DNA of 64,000 nucleotides from Candidatus Competibacter sp. (GTDB taxonomy: Bacteria; Pseudomonadota; Gammaproteobacteria; Competibacterales; Competibacteraceae): positions 8,198 to 72,197 of the forward strand of contig DAOTGT010000001.1 in the NCBI GenBank assembly GCA_035447285.1. Direction: 5' to 3'. A program made the position numbers and the translations under genes. The notes beneath the pieces were generated by a model. It ran no database searches. It was not told the DNA's origin and saw only the letters and a list, made by a program, of their open reading frames with translations. This document shows positions 36,531-46,421 of the stretch, piece after piece (positions within the stretch are counted from its first letter, which is position 1; each line of letters begins with the position of its first letter).

Positions 36531-37952
36531 GTGAACGGCAATGACGGCAAGTCCAAGGTGTTTGACGACGCTCTGCGATCCACGGTGGTGACCGGATGGT
36601 TTGACCAGGCGATGACGCAGCATCGTCAGGGCAATTTGACCCAGGCGCAGGTCTTTTACCAGCGGGTGCTCGATGCCCAGCCAGATCACCCGGAGGCATT
36701 GAATTTCCTTGGAATTCTCATGCAGCAACGGGGTCAGTCGACTCAAGCGGAACAATTCATTCGTCGGGCCATCCGCAGCACGCCCGATTATGCGGCGGCG
36801 TATACCAATCTGGGCAACGTACTGATCGTCCAGAAGCGCTACGAAGATGCCATCGCCGCCTACCGGCAAGCGACCATTTACAGAGCGGACGAAGTGGAAG
36901 CCTGCGTGAATATGGGCGCGGTGCTCAGGGGGTTGGGGCGGTTGCCGGAAGCGCTGGAGGCGTACCGGCAGGCCAGCGAGCGGCGTCCCGCAAGCGCTGA
37001 AATTCACCACCGCCTCGGTCTGGTGCTGGCCGAGTTGGGACGGTTTGAAGAAGCGATTGTCGCTCAGGAGGCCGCACTGCGCTGCGACGCCGGCCACGAG
37101 GCGGCGATCGAACAGTTGGGTGGTTTGCTGCATCGCATGGGACGCTCCGAGGACGCGCGGATGGTACTGGGCAATGCGGTGTTTCAGTTGGGAGATAGCA
37201 AAGCCGCGCTGAATTTGCTGCAATTCTGGTTGCGGTTGATGCCGGACGATCCGATCGCTCAGCATCGCTTGGCGGCTTGGTTCGGACAAGATCAAGCGCC
37301 AGAGCGCGCTTCCGACGCCTACGTGACTTATCTGTTCGATCGGTATGCGGAAGGGTTCGACCAGCATTTGGTGCAGGAATTGAACTATCAGGCGCCGGCG
37401 GTCATCGCGGAGCGGATCGCCGAAGTGCTGGGTGCGCCCGCTGCCTGTCTGGATGTTCTGGACGCCGGCTGCGGCACTGGTTTGTGCGCGCCGCTGTTGC
37501 ATCCCTATGCCCGTCACTTGGTGGGTGTGGATCTGTCGCCGCGCATGTTGGACAAGGCACGCGAGCGAGGTGATTACGATGAGCTGATCGTCGCCGAGCT
37601 GACCGCGTTTCTGGCGACGCGGCCTCAAGCCTACGACCTGATCGTTTCGGCCGATACGCTGGTGTATTTCGGGGCGTTGGAAGCGGTTTTCGCTGCCGCT
37701 GCCGCTGCCTTGCGCCCTGGTGGCTGGCTGGCGTTTACGGCGGAAGCCGCGACGGGGGATGCGCCGCCGGGCGGATTTCGCATCAATCACAGTGGCCGCT
37801 ATAGCCATGCGGCCGAGTATTTGCGGCAGGTCTTGGCGGAAGTGGGTCTGGAAATTCACTCGATGACGACGGCTACGCTGCGGCGGGAATGCGACCAACC
37901 CATGGTGGGTTATGTGGTGCTAGCCCACCAGCCCGTCGTCACGATCAGCTAA
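36531..37952 (+). CDS. TPR-repeat protein fused to a class I SAM-dependent methyltransferase, copy 2 (paralog of 35132..36481)
   Basis: Same architecture as copy 1 (LDVLDAGCGTGLCAPLL, IVSADTLVYFGAL). A GTG at 36531 is preceded by GAGGAGG. Listed ORF 36216 is over-extended into copy 1. Confidence 0.82.
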   Translation: MNGNDGKSKVFDDALRSTVVTGWFDQAMTQHRQGNLTQAQVFYQRVLDAQPDHPEALNFLGILMQQRGQSTQAEQFIRRAIRSTPDYAAAYTNLGNVLIVQKRYEDAIAAYRQATIYRADEVEACVNMGAVLRGLGRLPEALEAYRQASERRPASAEIHHRLGLVLAELGRFEEAIVAQEAALRCDAGHEAAIEQLGGLLHRMGRSEDARMVLGNAVFQLGDSKAALNLLQFWLRLMPDDPIAQHRLAAWFGQDQAPERASDAYVTYLFDRYAEGFDQHLVQELNYQAPAVIAERIAEVLGAPAACLDVLDAGCGTGLCAPLLHPYARHLVGVDLSPRMLDKARERGDYDELIVAELTAFLATRPQAYDLIVSADTLVYFGALEAVFAAAAAALRPGGWLAFTAEAATGDAPPGGFRINHSGRYSHAAEYLRQVLAEVGLEIHSMTTATLRRECDQPMVGYVVLAHQPVVTIS

Positions 37953-37999
37953 CTGCTGGATTCTTGTCGTCGGCAAGGCTATCTTGACAAGCTCTCGGC

Positions 38000-38036
38000 G
38001 CGCGCGGCGGCCGGCGACCCGCCGGCCGCCGCGCGC
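38000..38036 (+). terminator. 17-bp perfect GC palindrome hairpin after the second TPR-methyltransferase gene
   Basis: GCGCGCGGCGGCCGGCG-acc-CGCCGGCCGCCGCGCGC, followed by TGCCCTTTTCCC. Confidence 0.6.
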
Positions 38037-38065
38037 TGCCCTTTTCCCATCCCGAGGAGGCGGTC

Positions 38066-38326
38066 TTGATGGTCGAGTTCGATGACGTGCGACAGTTGGT
38101 CGGCGAAATATTGCAGTTGGGAGATCGGGTCACCCGGCTCGGCCCGGATACGCCGCTGCTGGGGAGCATCCCGGAGTTCGACTCGATGACGGTGGTCACC
38201 TTGATCCATGCTCTGGAGCAGCAGTTCGATATTCAGGTTGCCGACGACGAGATTAGCGCCGAGAGCTTCGAAACCTTGGGCAAGGTTCACGAATTCGTCC
38301 GCGACAAAGCTACGGCGAGGAGTTGA
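38066..38326 (+). CDS. acyl/peptidyl carrier protein-like (phosphopantetheine-binding)
   Basis: 86 aa. LGSIPEFDSMTVVTLIHALEQQF contains the carrier-protein (D/E)-F-D-S-(L/M) serine motif at the start of helix 2. A GAGGAGG RBS precedes the start. Confidence 0.7.
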   Translation: MMVEFDDVRQLVGEILQLGDRVTRLGPDTPLLGSIPEFDSMTVVTLIHALEQQFDIQVADDEISAESFETLGKVHEFVRDKATARS

Positions 38327-39320
38327 GGATCGTTGTTGCCGCCGGGCGGGCGGCGGACCCATTCCACTGTGTCGCTAGAAACTCGGGAAGCCTTTGTTCC
38401 AGCCAATATTCCGCTCGCCACGGCCAGCGCCCGGCAACGAAGCCGACATGGCCGCCTCGCGAGCTGAGTTCCATCTGTACGCAAGGCGACAGTTCGCTGG
38501 CGTCCGGCACCGCTTCCGGCCGCATGAAAGGGTCGTCCAGGGCATGCAGGATGAGTGTTGGCACACGGATACGTCGCAGGTAAGGGCGGCAACTGGCTTG
38601 GGCGTAGTAATCGTGAACGCCGGCATAACCGTGCAAGGGCGCGGTGATCCGGTCGTCGAAGGTATGGAAATCTCGCAGCGTCGTCAGTTCGTCCAAGGGT
38701 ACGGGCGCATCCGAGCGATGCCGGAATTTGTTGCGGTAGCTCGTTTTCAGCGCACGCAACAGGTGTGCTTGATAAAGCCGCGAAAAACCCTGATTCAGTC
38801 GCCGCGCGGTGATATCGAGTAGGAATGGAACCGATACCGCCGCCGCTGCATGTAAGGGGTTGTCGGTCCCGGTTTCTCCCAGCCACTTGAGCAGGGCGTT
38901 GCCGCCCAGCGAGTAGCCGATGGCGGCCAGGGGTGTGGTCGCTTCCTTTTGGCGCAGCCAGGTTGCCACATGGTCGATGTCGGCGGTATCGGCGGCGCAG
39001 TAGCCGCGCGCCAGCCGGTTGGGCTGGCCACCGCGACCGCGAAAGTGCATTACCACCGCCCGCCATCTGCGGCGGGCGATGGCCGCCAGTAGGCCAAGCG
39101 CATAATGAGAAGCGCTGGAGCCTTCCAGACCGTGCAGGATCAGTACGATCGGTCCCCGTCCACTAGGAAGCCAATCTAAATCCAGAAAGTCGCCGTCGGG
39201 CAATTCCAGACGTTCGCGCCGTAGGGGCACCCGAGGTCGGCGTCGACACAGCACCGGCCACAGCGTTTGAGCGTGCGGGCCGGGCAACCACCATGCCGGG
39301 TCATAGTCAGCGGGTTGCAT
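38310..39320 (-). CDS. alpha/beta-fold hydrolase (YheT-like)
   Basis: 336 aa. Blocks LPGPHAQTLWP and ILHGLEGSS, the nucleophile elbow IGYSLGGN, and a C-terminal GGHVGF. Confidence 0.85.
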   Translation of the reverse strand: MQPADYDPAWWLPGPHAQTLWPVLCRRRPRVPLRRERLELPDGDFLDLDWLPSGRGPIVLILHGLEGSSASHYALGLLAAIARRRWRAVVMHFRGRGGQPNRLARGYCAADTADIDHVATWLRQKEATTPLAAIGYSLGGNALLKWLGETGTDNPLHAAAAVSVPFLLDITARRLNQGFSRLYQAHLLRALKTSYRNKFRHRSDAPVPLDELTTLRDFHTFDDRITAPLHGYAGVHDYYAQASCRPYLRRIRVPTLILHALDDPFMRPEAVPDASELSPCVQMELSSRGGHVGFVAGRWPWRAEYWLEQRLPEFLATQWNGSAARPAATTILNSSP

Positions 39321-39569
39321 GGTGGCAATGACCGGATCGTGAGAGGGGTGGAAAGAGCGATCTGGGTTTGGCGCCGGTAGCCGAGGCGAGGGTTAAAGGC
39401 ACAGCGACGACCCAACGGGATTTGATGGAAAGGCCGGTGCCGATGCCCGAGATAATCCAGCGCTGCCGGGCTTGTCTCGGGTTCGGTCAATCGGTCGGTA
39501 AGAAGAACAATCTGAAATGATCTGGGGCGCGGCCTGTCCATCGCCGCGCCCTAACGCACTAGCGGCGGT

Positions 39570-41906
39570 TCATTCAGGTTGCGCCAATTCCTCTTCCTCG
39601 ACCGCGTCCGGGGCGGCGGATGCCAGCGGTTTCGCGGCCGGTTCCGTCAGCGGTTCTTCCCCGATCGTCGTATCGGCCAGCAGCTCACCCAGGGCGGTTG
39701 TGGTCAGCACCGGTTCCGGCAGCGGTTCCGGACGCAGCACCAAGCCACCCAGTGGCGGCACGGTGATGGTGATCGAGTACGGGTGTTCCATCCACGGCCG
39801 TTCCTCGGCGATCAGGTCGATCCCACCGTTACCGACGCCGCTTCCGGCGTAATAGTGGGAGTCGGAGTTGAAAATTTCCGTGTAACGGCCCGCTCGCGGT
39901 ACGCCGATGCGGTAGCTTTGGCGCGGGACCGGGGTAAAATTGACCACGACCACTAAGAAATCGTCATCCTTTTTGCGCTGATAACTCAGGATGGACTGCT
40001 CGGCGTCGTGACAGTCGATCCATTCGAAACCCTGCCATTCGAACTCGTAGTGATGCAGCACAGGATCGCTGTGATAAAGCCGATTCAGGTCGGTGACCAA
40101 TTGTTTCAAACCCCGGTGGAAATCATACTGCAACACCCACCAGTCGATGGGGTTGGCGCTGTTCCACTCGTTGCCCTGGCCGAACTCGGTGCCCATGAAC
40201 AGCAGTTTCTTACCGGGGTGGGTGAACATGTAGAGATAGAGCAGCCGCAGATTGGCGAAGCGCTGCCATTCGTCGCCCGGCATCTTGTTAATCATTGAGC
40301 CTTTGCCATGCACCACTTCGTCATGCGAGAACGGCAGCATGAAATTCTCGGTGAAGCAGTACAACATGCTGAAGGTCAGCAGATCGTGGTGATATTTGCG
40401 ATGAATCGGATTCTGCGCCATGTAGCGCAGAGTGTCGTTCATCCAACCCATGTTCCATTTCATGCTGAAGCCTAGCCCGCCCAGGTAGGTCGGTCGGGTG
40501 ACCTGCGGCCAGGAGGTGGATTCCTCGGCGATGACCATCGCGCCGGGGTGTTCGCTGTGGACCACCGTATTCAGCTCGCGCATGAAATCGATGGCTTCCA
40601 AGTTCTCGCGCCCGCCGTATTTGTTGGGAATCCACTCGCCTTCCTTGCGTGAATAATCGAGATACAGCATCGAGGCGACCGCATCCACCCGCAGACCGTC
40701 GAGATGGAACTCCTCGATCCAGTACAGGGCGCTGGACAGTAGGAAGTTCTTCACCTCGTAGCGACCGAAGTTGAAGATCAGCGTACCCCAGTCGAGATGT
40801 TCGCCCTTACGGGGATCGGTGTGCTCGTACAGCGCCTCGCCATCGAAGCGGGCCAAACCGGAAGCGTCCTTGGGGAAGTGCGCCGGCACCCAATCGAGGA
40901 TGACGCCGACATCGTGTTGGTGGCAGTAATCCATGAAATAGCGGAAATCGTCCGGGGTGCCGAAGCGGCTGGTCGGGGCGTAGTAGCCGGTGGTCTGATA
41001 ACCCCAGGAGGCATCGTAGGGATGCTCGGTGATCGGCAGCAGCTCGATGTGACTGAAACCGGTTTCCTTGACGTATTCCACCAACTGGTGCGCCAGTTCC
41101 CGATAATTCAGGAACTCGCCTTCCGGCCCGCGCCGCCACGAGCCGATATGGACCTCGTAGATGGACATCGGTTGATGCAGCCAGTCGGATTTCTTGCGCC
41201 GTTCCAGCCAGTCGGCATCGCGCCAAGCATAGGTGGTGGGCTTGGTGACGATGGTGGCGGTGCTGGGACGCAGCTCGAACTGTTGGCCGTAGGGATCGGA
41301 CTTCAGCATGATCGCGCCGCTATTGCGGTTGCGGATCTCGAACTTGTACAGATCGCCCGGGCTTACGTTGGGGATGAACAGCTCCCATACGCCGCTGCCG
41401 CCGCGTACCCGCATGGGGTGGATTCGACCGTCCCAGCGGTTGAAATTGCCGACCACGCTGACCCGTTCGGCGCTGGGTGCCCACACCGCGAACAGTACGC
41501 CGGCCACACCATCCGCCTCGTGCCGGTGCGCGCCCAGGAAGCGGTAGGAATGCCAGTGCTTGCCCTCGCCGAACAGGTAGAGATCGAAATCGGGCAATTG
41601 CGGTGGAAAGCAGTAGGGATCGTGGGAGATATGCTCGTGGTGGTCACCATCGCGCCAGATCAACCGGTAGCGCTCTGGGACTTGATCGACCTTGCCCTGC
41701 CACTCGAACAGATCAGTGTTGGGAATCCGCTCCAGAGGCAGGTTGCCTTCGGCGATGTGCACTTCCTGGGCGTAGGGCAAATGGGCGCGCACCACGACTT
41801 TCTTGTCTTGCGGGTGGCGGCCCAGCACGGCGAAAGGATCGTGATGGCGGGCTTCGATAATGCGTTGCAGTTCGGGTTGGAGTTTCGGGCTCGTCACGTG
41901 GTGCAT
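39570..41906 (-). CDS. glgB: 1,4-alpha-glucan branching enzyme
   Basis: 778 aa. GH13 blocks [22 protein letters not shown] and IAEESTSWP, plus the typical N-terminal CBM48 region. Confidence 0.97.
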   Translation of the reverse strand: MHHVTSPKLQPELQRIIEARHHDPFAVLGRHPQDKKVVVRAHLPYAQEVHIAEGNLPLERIPNTDLFEWQGKVDQVPERYRLIWRDGDHHEHISHDPYCFPPQLPDFDLYLFGEGKHWHSYRFLGAHRHEADGVAGVLFAVWAPSAERVSVVGNFNRWDGRIHPMRVRGGSGVWELFIPNVSPGDLYKFEIRNRNSGAIMLKSDPYGQQFELRPSTATIVTKPTTYAWRDADWLERRKKSDWLHQPMSIYEVHIGSWRRGPEGEFLNYRELAHQLVEYVKETGFSHIELLPITEHPYDASWGYQTTGYYAPTSRFGTPDDFRYFMDYCHQHDVGVILDWVPAHFPKDASGLARFDGEALYEHTDPRKGEHLDWGTLIFNFGRYEVKNFLLSSALYWIEEFHLDGLRVDAVASMLYLDYSRKEGEWIPNKYGGRENLEAIDFMRELNTVVHSEHPGAMVIAEESTSWPQVTRPTYLGGLGFSMKWNMGWMNDTLRYMAQNPIHRKYHHDLLTFSMLYCFTENFMLPFSHDEVVHGKGSMINKMPGDEWQRFANLRLLYLYMFTHPGKKLLFMGTEFGQGNEWNSANPIDWWVLQYDFHRGLKQLVTDLNRLYHSDPVLHHYEFEWQGFEWIDCHDAEQSILSYQRKKDDDFLVVVVNFTPVPRQSYRIGVPRAGRYTEIFNSDSHYYAGSGVGNGGIDLIAEERPWMEHPYSITITVPPLGGLVLRPEPLPEPVLTTTALGELLADTTIGEEPLTEPAAKPLASAAPDAVEEEELAQPE

Positions 41907-42174
41907 CCTTAATTAGTGTTGACGGTTTTTGGGCCATGCCCGGCAGTGGCTGGACTCCAGCCGCAAAACCGGACAACAACGCGCGAACGAAAATCGCGCG
42001 TTGCGCGGAATCGGGAAACGGCAAGCGTTTGGAGTCGGGCGTCCAACGCCATGTGCGCTAATGGGTTTAGTATAACCCCGAATCCGCTAAATAATGACTT
42101 TCCGTAAGGGTACCGGTGGATACCCCGCGCGTCGGGCAGCCCATGGTGCGGCGTTCCATGTCGCGATGCTCGTT

Positions 42175-43446
42175 TTATTCCAGTCGTTCGATGCCCAGCG
42201 TCCGCAACACGTATTTCTCGTACACTGGCTCCGACGTGCCAGTCTTGATCTTGTGGATGAAGTATTTTTCGAAGGCGATTTTGGCGTAGTGAACCCACTT
42301 GCCTTTTTTGAACCAGTTGACGTTGCGCGGCGGGATCTGCGGCAGCGCCACGAAAGCCGCGCCGGTATCGCCCATGTCCGCCAGGCAGATGGCGTTCCAG
42401 GTACCCTTGGCGACGGTTGGCTGACCCGCCAGGTCGGCCTGAATGTTCTGAACGATGGCGGACACCATTGATTCGATCATGTAACCGGTCTTGGGCATCC
42501 CGGTGGGCACCGGTGTGGCCTCGACCGGCGGGATCGCCACGCACACCCCGGCCGAGAAGATGTTGCGGTACTTGAGGCTGCGCTGGTTGGCATCGATTAG
42601 TACGAAGCCGCGCGGATTACATAGGCCATCCACGGCGGCGACCGGGTCCACGCCGCGAAACGCCGGTAGGGTCATGGCGAACTTGAAGGGCACTTCATGT
42701 TCCTTGATCACTTCGCCTCGTTCGTTGTATTCCTCGACCAGGGCGCAGTCGGCCTCGATCCGAGTAGTCTTGGCGTTGGTGATCCATTTGATGTGTCGGT
42801 TGCGCAAATCCGATTCCAGCATGCCCTTGGAGTCGCCGACACCGCCCAGGCCCAAATGGCCGATGTACGGCTCGCTGGTGATCATAGTCATGGGTACGTG
42901 CTTGCGCAGCTTGCGCTTGCGCAGGTCGGCGTCGAGAATGAATGCGCTTTCGTAGACCGGTCCGAAACAACTGGCCATGGGCATCGCACCCACCACGATC
43001 GGGCCAGGGTCCTCGCAGAAGGCTTCATAGGCTTCGTAGGCGGTCTGGGCATGGTCCACCGCGCAGACCGAATGGGTGTGGCCATTGTGAGGACCGGTGC
43101 CCGGTACTTCGTCAAAGGCTAGTTTGGGACCGGTGGTGATGACCAGGTAGTCGTAATCGACGGTTTGCCCGTCTTGTATCGTGAGCCGGTTGTGGGCGGC
43201 GTCGATATGGGTGACCGGCCGACCGATGAAACGAATACCCTTCTTTGCGAGGTAGGGGCCGATCGGGAAGGCGATATCGCCGCGCTGGCGCCAGCCGACC
43301 AGCAACCACGGGTTGGAAGGGAGGAATTGGAACTCCTCGCTCGCGTTGATCACCGTGATATCGTGGGTCTTGCCTAGTTTTTCCCGGGCTTCGTAGGCGA
43401 AGGGGATGCCGCCGATACCCGCGCCCATCACAACGATATGAGCCAT
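42175..43446 (-). CDS. sqr: sulfide:quinone oxidoreductase
   Basis: MAHIVVMGAGIGGIPFAYE is an FAD fold. Conserved cysteines sit in HSVCAVD and AGVCVAIPP. An AGGAG RBS precedes the ATG at 43446. Listed ORF 43593 is over-extended by 49 codons. Confidence 0.88.
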   Translation of the reverse strand: MAHIVVMGAGIGGIPFAYEAREKLGKTHDITVINASEEFQFLPSNPWLLVGWRQRGDIAFPIGPYLAKKGIRFIGRPVTHIDAAHNRLTIQDGQTVDYDYLVITTGPKLAFDEVPGTGPHNGHTHSVCAVDHAQTAYEAYEAFCEDPGPIVVGAMPMASCFGPVYESAFILDADLRKRKLRKHVPMTMITSEPYIGHLGLGGVGDSKGMLESDLRNRHIKWITNAKTTRIEADCALVEEYNERGEVIKEHEVPFKFAMTLPAFRGVDPVAAVDGLCNPRGFVLIDANQRSLKYRNIFSAGVCVAIPPVEATPVPTGMPKTGYMIESMVSAIVQNIQADLAGQPTVAKGTWNAICLADMGDTGAAFVALPQIPPRNVNWFKKGKWVHYAKIAFEKYFIHKIKTGTSEPVYEKYVLRTLGIERLE

Positions 43447-43688
43447 GGTAGTTCTCCTGAACCCTCTGCGGGGTGCTTGATATGGTCGTTTGTGAAGCCG
43501 ATTGAGGTGGATAACATCTTCAAATTGAAGCATAGAGCATTTCCGCGGGCTTGGCCGGATGCCGACACGCGATGATTCGTGACGCGTCGGCATCCCCGTA
43601 TCGCCGCAGTCTGGTAAGATTATGGCGGTATCATCCAGACGTATCCGATAACCCGAGCAGGTCTAAAACATATCCAAAAGGACGATCC

Positions 43689-44084
43689 ATGAACTCTCGT
43701 AAACTGCTTGCATTCGCGCTGGTTTTGGGGTTGGGCATGCTGGCGGGTTGTTCCGGCGAACAACCGAAAAAGCCGGTGAGCTTCCAGAAGGACGTGTATC
43801 CGATTCTGAAAGCGAACTGTGCGGAGTGCCATACCGCGCCCGACGGCGAGGGCTACACCAAGAGTGGTTTGGCGCTGAGCACCTATGAGGAATTGATGAA
43901 GGGTACCAAGATGGGTCCCATCATTATTCCCGGACAGAGTCTCAACAGCAGTTTCAACCGGTTGATCGAAGGCCGCCCCGGTGTGGATCCTTCCATTCAG
44001 ATGCCGCACGGCAAGGTCAAATTGCCGGAAGCGCAACTGGCTATCATTCGTCAGTGGGTCGATCAGGGCGCCAAGAACAACTAA
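43689..44084 (+). CDS. lipoprotein with a single c-type haem motif
   Basis: MNSRKLLAFALVLGLGMLAGC is a signal peptide plus lipobox. CAECH is a CXXCH haem-binding site. 131 aa. Confidence 0.7.
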   Translation: MNSRKLLAFALVLGLGMLAGCSGEQPKKPVSFQKDVYPILKANCAECHTAPDGEGYTKSGLALSTYEELMKGTKMGPIIIPGQSLNSSFNRLIEGRPGVDPSIQMPHGKVKLPEAQLAIIRQWVDQGAKNN

Positions 44085-44105
44085 GCGACTCATGTCGTTT
44101 CCCGC

Positions 44106-44152
44106 CCACATGTCGATTTTTCCCCCGATGCCAGGGGAAGGTCGACATGTGG
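44106..44152 (+). terminator. long nested stem-loop after the cytochrome lipoprotein gene
   Basis: CCACATGTCGA (44106..44116) pairs with TCGACATGTGG (44142..44152). An inner TTCCCC/GGGGAA stem nests inside. No U-tract follows. Confidence 0.45.
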
Positions 44153-44266
44153 ACCGATTGCACCCGCTGAAATAACCCGGTTCGTCCGCCCGACCCCCAT
44201 TCTCCGTTCCTCACCCATCCGGCGTTGGAGCGGGCCTGTTCCGTTGGATCGTTTTGGGGAGGCATC

Positions 44267-46411
44267 ATGGTAAGTTCCCGGCAGACCGCGCTGGCCGGCG
44301 CGGATTTCGATACCTGGTTGAGCACCCTGCAAGTTCGCTGGTCGCCGGCTCAGATCGAGGTCGTCCGGCATGCCTACGCGCTCGGTGGCGAACCGGAACT
44401 AGCGGTGGCCGACCTGTTGGCCGACCTGCGCGTGGATTACGAAGTGGTCGTTGCCGCGCTGCTGCACGAACCGGTTGCGGCCGGGCAGGTCGAGTCGGCC
44501 TTGGTCGAGGAGGAATTCGGACCGGCTGTCGCGCGTTTGGTCGACGGCATCGCCAAACTCGATGCCATCGGCGAATTGCACCAGAGTGGCCAGCATGTCG
44601 GCCATCAACTGGAAAGCCTGCGCAAGATGTTGTTGGCGATGGCGCAGGACGTGCGGGTCGTGTTGATCAAGCTGGCAATGCGTCTGCACGAACTGCGCCA
44701 GTTCGGGCAGCATCCCGCCGCCGAACAGTGTCGCATTGCCCAGGAAACCTTGGATATCTTTACCCCACTGGCCAACCGACTGGGCATCGGCCGCATCAAG
44801 TGGGAGATGGAAGACCTGGCGCTGCGCTACCTGGAGCCGCCAGCTTACAAGCAAATCGCCACCGCCCTCGACCAGCGCCGCGCCGACCGGGAAAGCTATA
44901 TCCACCGGGTTGTGGAGGAGTTGCGCGACCGTCTGCGCCAGGTCGGCATCCGCGCCGAGGTCAGCGGCCGAGTCAAGCATATCTACGGCATCTGGCGAAA
45001 GATGCAGCTCAAGAAGCTGTCCTTCGAGCAGATTTTCGATGTGCGCGCGGTGCGGGTCATGGTCGATACGGTGAACGACTGCTATGCCGCGCTCGGCGTG
45101 GTGCATGCCTGCTGGAACCATATCCATCAGGAGTTCGACGACTACATCGCCCATCCCAAGCCCAACGGCTATCAATCGCTGCACACGGCGGTGGTGGGAC
45201 CGGAGGGTCGGGCCCTGGAAGTGCAGATTCGAACCTTCGCCATGCATCAGAACGCCGAATTGGGCGTCGCCGCCCACTGGCGCTACAAGGAGGGCGGCGA
45301 GAGTCCTGGCGAAACGGCCGAACAGCAAATCGCCTGGTTACGGCAGATTCTGGAATATCGGGAGGAAGAAAGCGGCGACAGCGATCTACTGGAGCATTTC
45401 AAGGCCGAGGCGTTCCAGGATCGGGTGTACGCCATCACGCCCAAGGGTGCCATCGTCGAACTGGCGCAGGGAGCGACACCGCTGGATTTCGCCTACCACA
45501 TCCATACCGAAGTCGGTCATCGCTGTCGGGGCGCCAAGGTCAACGGCCGCATCGTGCCGCTCACTTACGAACTCAAGAATGGCGAGCAAGTGGACGTGCT
45601 GACCGCCAAGACCGGCGGTCCCAGCCGCGACTGGCTCAGTCCGCATCTGGGCTATGTCAAGACCAATCGGGCGCGGGCCAAGATCCGACAATGGTTTATC
45701 CAGCAGGATCAGGATAAAAGCATCGTCGCCGGCCGCGCGCTGCTGGAGCGGGAGTTCCAGCGGCTGGGAATCCGGCAGCTCAAGCTGGAGAAAGCGGCGG
45801 AAAAATTCAACTTTGCCAAACCGGAAGAGTTGTTTGCCGCCGTGGGTCACGGCGCGCTGACCACCGCGCAGGTGGTGGCCAAAATTCAGGATTTGCTGCC
45901 GGCGCCGCCCACGGCTGCGGATCATCCGCCCATCGCGCGCAAGCCCAGAAGCGTCGAATCCGGCAAGGACGACGTGCGAATCCGCGGGGTGGGCCGGTTG
46001 CTGACGCAAATGGCGCAGTGCTGCCAACCGGCACCGTTCGAACCGATCGCCGGTTATATCACCCAAGGGCGCGGTGTAACCATCCACCGCCAGGATTGCG
46101 CCAACTGGCTAAGCCTGGCCAGTCAGCACCACGAACGCGTCATTGAGGTCGGCTGGGGCGAAACGCCGGCCACCTATCCAGTGGACGTCATGGTGGTCGC
46201 CCACGACCGCTCCGGCCTGCTGCGCGATATCACCTCGATTCTGGCCAACGAACAGGTCAATGTGCTGGGCGCGAACACGCTGACCGACCGGGAGACCTTG
46301 ATCGCCCGGATGGGATTGACGCTGGAAATCACCGATGTGGTGCAACTCAGCCGGGTACTGGACCAGATCGGGCAGTTGCACAATGTGGTGGAGGCGTATC
46401 GCAAGAGTTGA
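44267..46411 (+). CDS. relA: RelA/SpoT-family (p)ppGpp synthetase, RelA type
   Basis: Synthetase blocks GRVKHIYGIWRKM, DVRAVRV, PNGYQSLHT and EVQIRT, followed by TGS and ACT regions. No obvious HD hydrolase motif in the N-terminus. A GGGGAGG RBS precedes the ATG at 44267. Confidence 0.88.
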   Translation: MVSSRQTALAGADFDTWLSTLQVRWSPAQIEVVRHAYALGGEPELAVADLLADLRVDYEVVVAALLHEPVAAGQVESALVEEEFGPAVARLVDGIAKLDAIGELHQSGQHVGHQLESLRKMLLAMAQDVRVVLIKLAMRLHELRQFGQHPAAEQCRIAQETLDIFTPLANRLGIGRIKWEMEDLALRYLEPPAYKQIATALDQRRADRESYIHRVVEELRDRLRQVGIRAEVSGRVKHIYGIWRKMQLKKLSFEQIFDVRAVRVMVDTVNDCYAALGVVHACWNHIHQEFDDYIAHPKPNGYQSLHTAVVGPEGRALEVQIRTFAMHQNAELGVAAHWRYKEGGESPGETAEQQIAWLRQILEYREEESGDSDLLEHFKAEAFQDRVYAITPKGAIVELAQGATPLDFAYHIHTEVGHRCRGAKVNGRIVPLTYELKNGEQVDVLTAKTGGPSRDWLSPHLGYVKTNRARAKIRQWFIQQDQDKSIVAGRALLEREFQRLGIRQLKLEKAAEKFNFAKPEELFAAVGHGALTTAQVVAKIQDLLPAPPTAADHPPIARKPRSVESGKDDVRIRGVGRLLTQMAQCCQPAPFEPIAGYITQGRGVTIHRQDCANWLSLASQHHERVIEVGWGETPATYPVDVMVVAHDRSGLLRDITSILANEQVNVLGANTLTDRETLIARMGLTLEITDVVQLSRVLDQIGQLHNVVEAYRKS

Positions 46412-46421
46412 AGTCGACGGT

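Noticed and set aside
35027-37898. Long minus-strand ORFs (35027..36181, 384 aa; 36282..37898, 538 aa) opposite the TPR-methyltransferase genes
   Set aside because: They are Arg/Pro/Gln-rich shadow frames. The plus-strand products have clear TPR and SAM-binding motifs and RBS-supported starts.
41977-42003. A 10-bp stem hairpin, CAACGCGCGA...TCGCGCGTTG, downstream of sqr
   Set aside because: It is probably a transcription stop or stabiliser for sqr. It lacks a clear U-tract, so I did not list it as a terminator feature.
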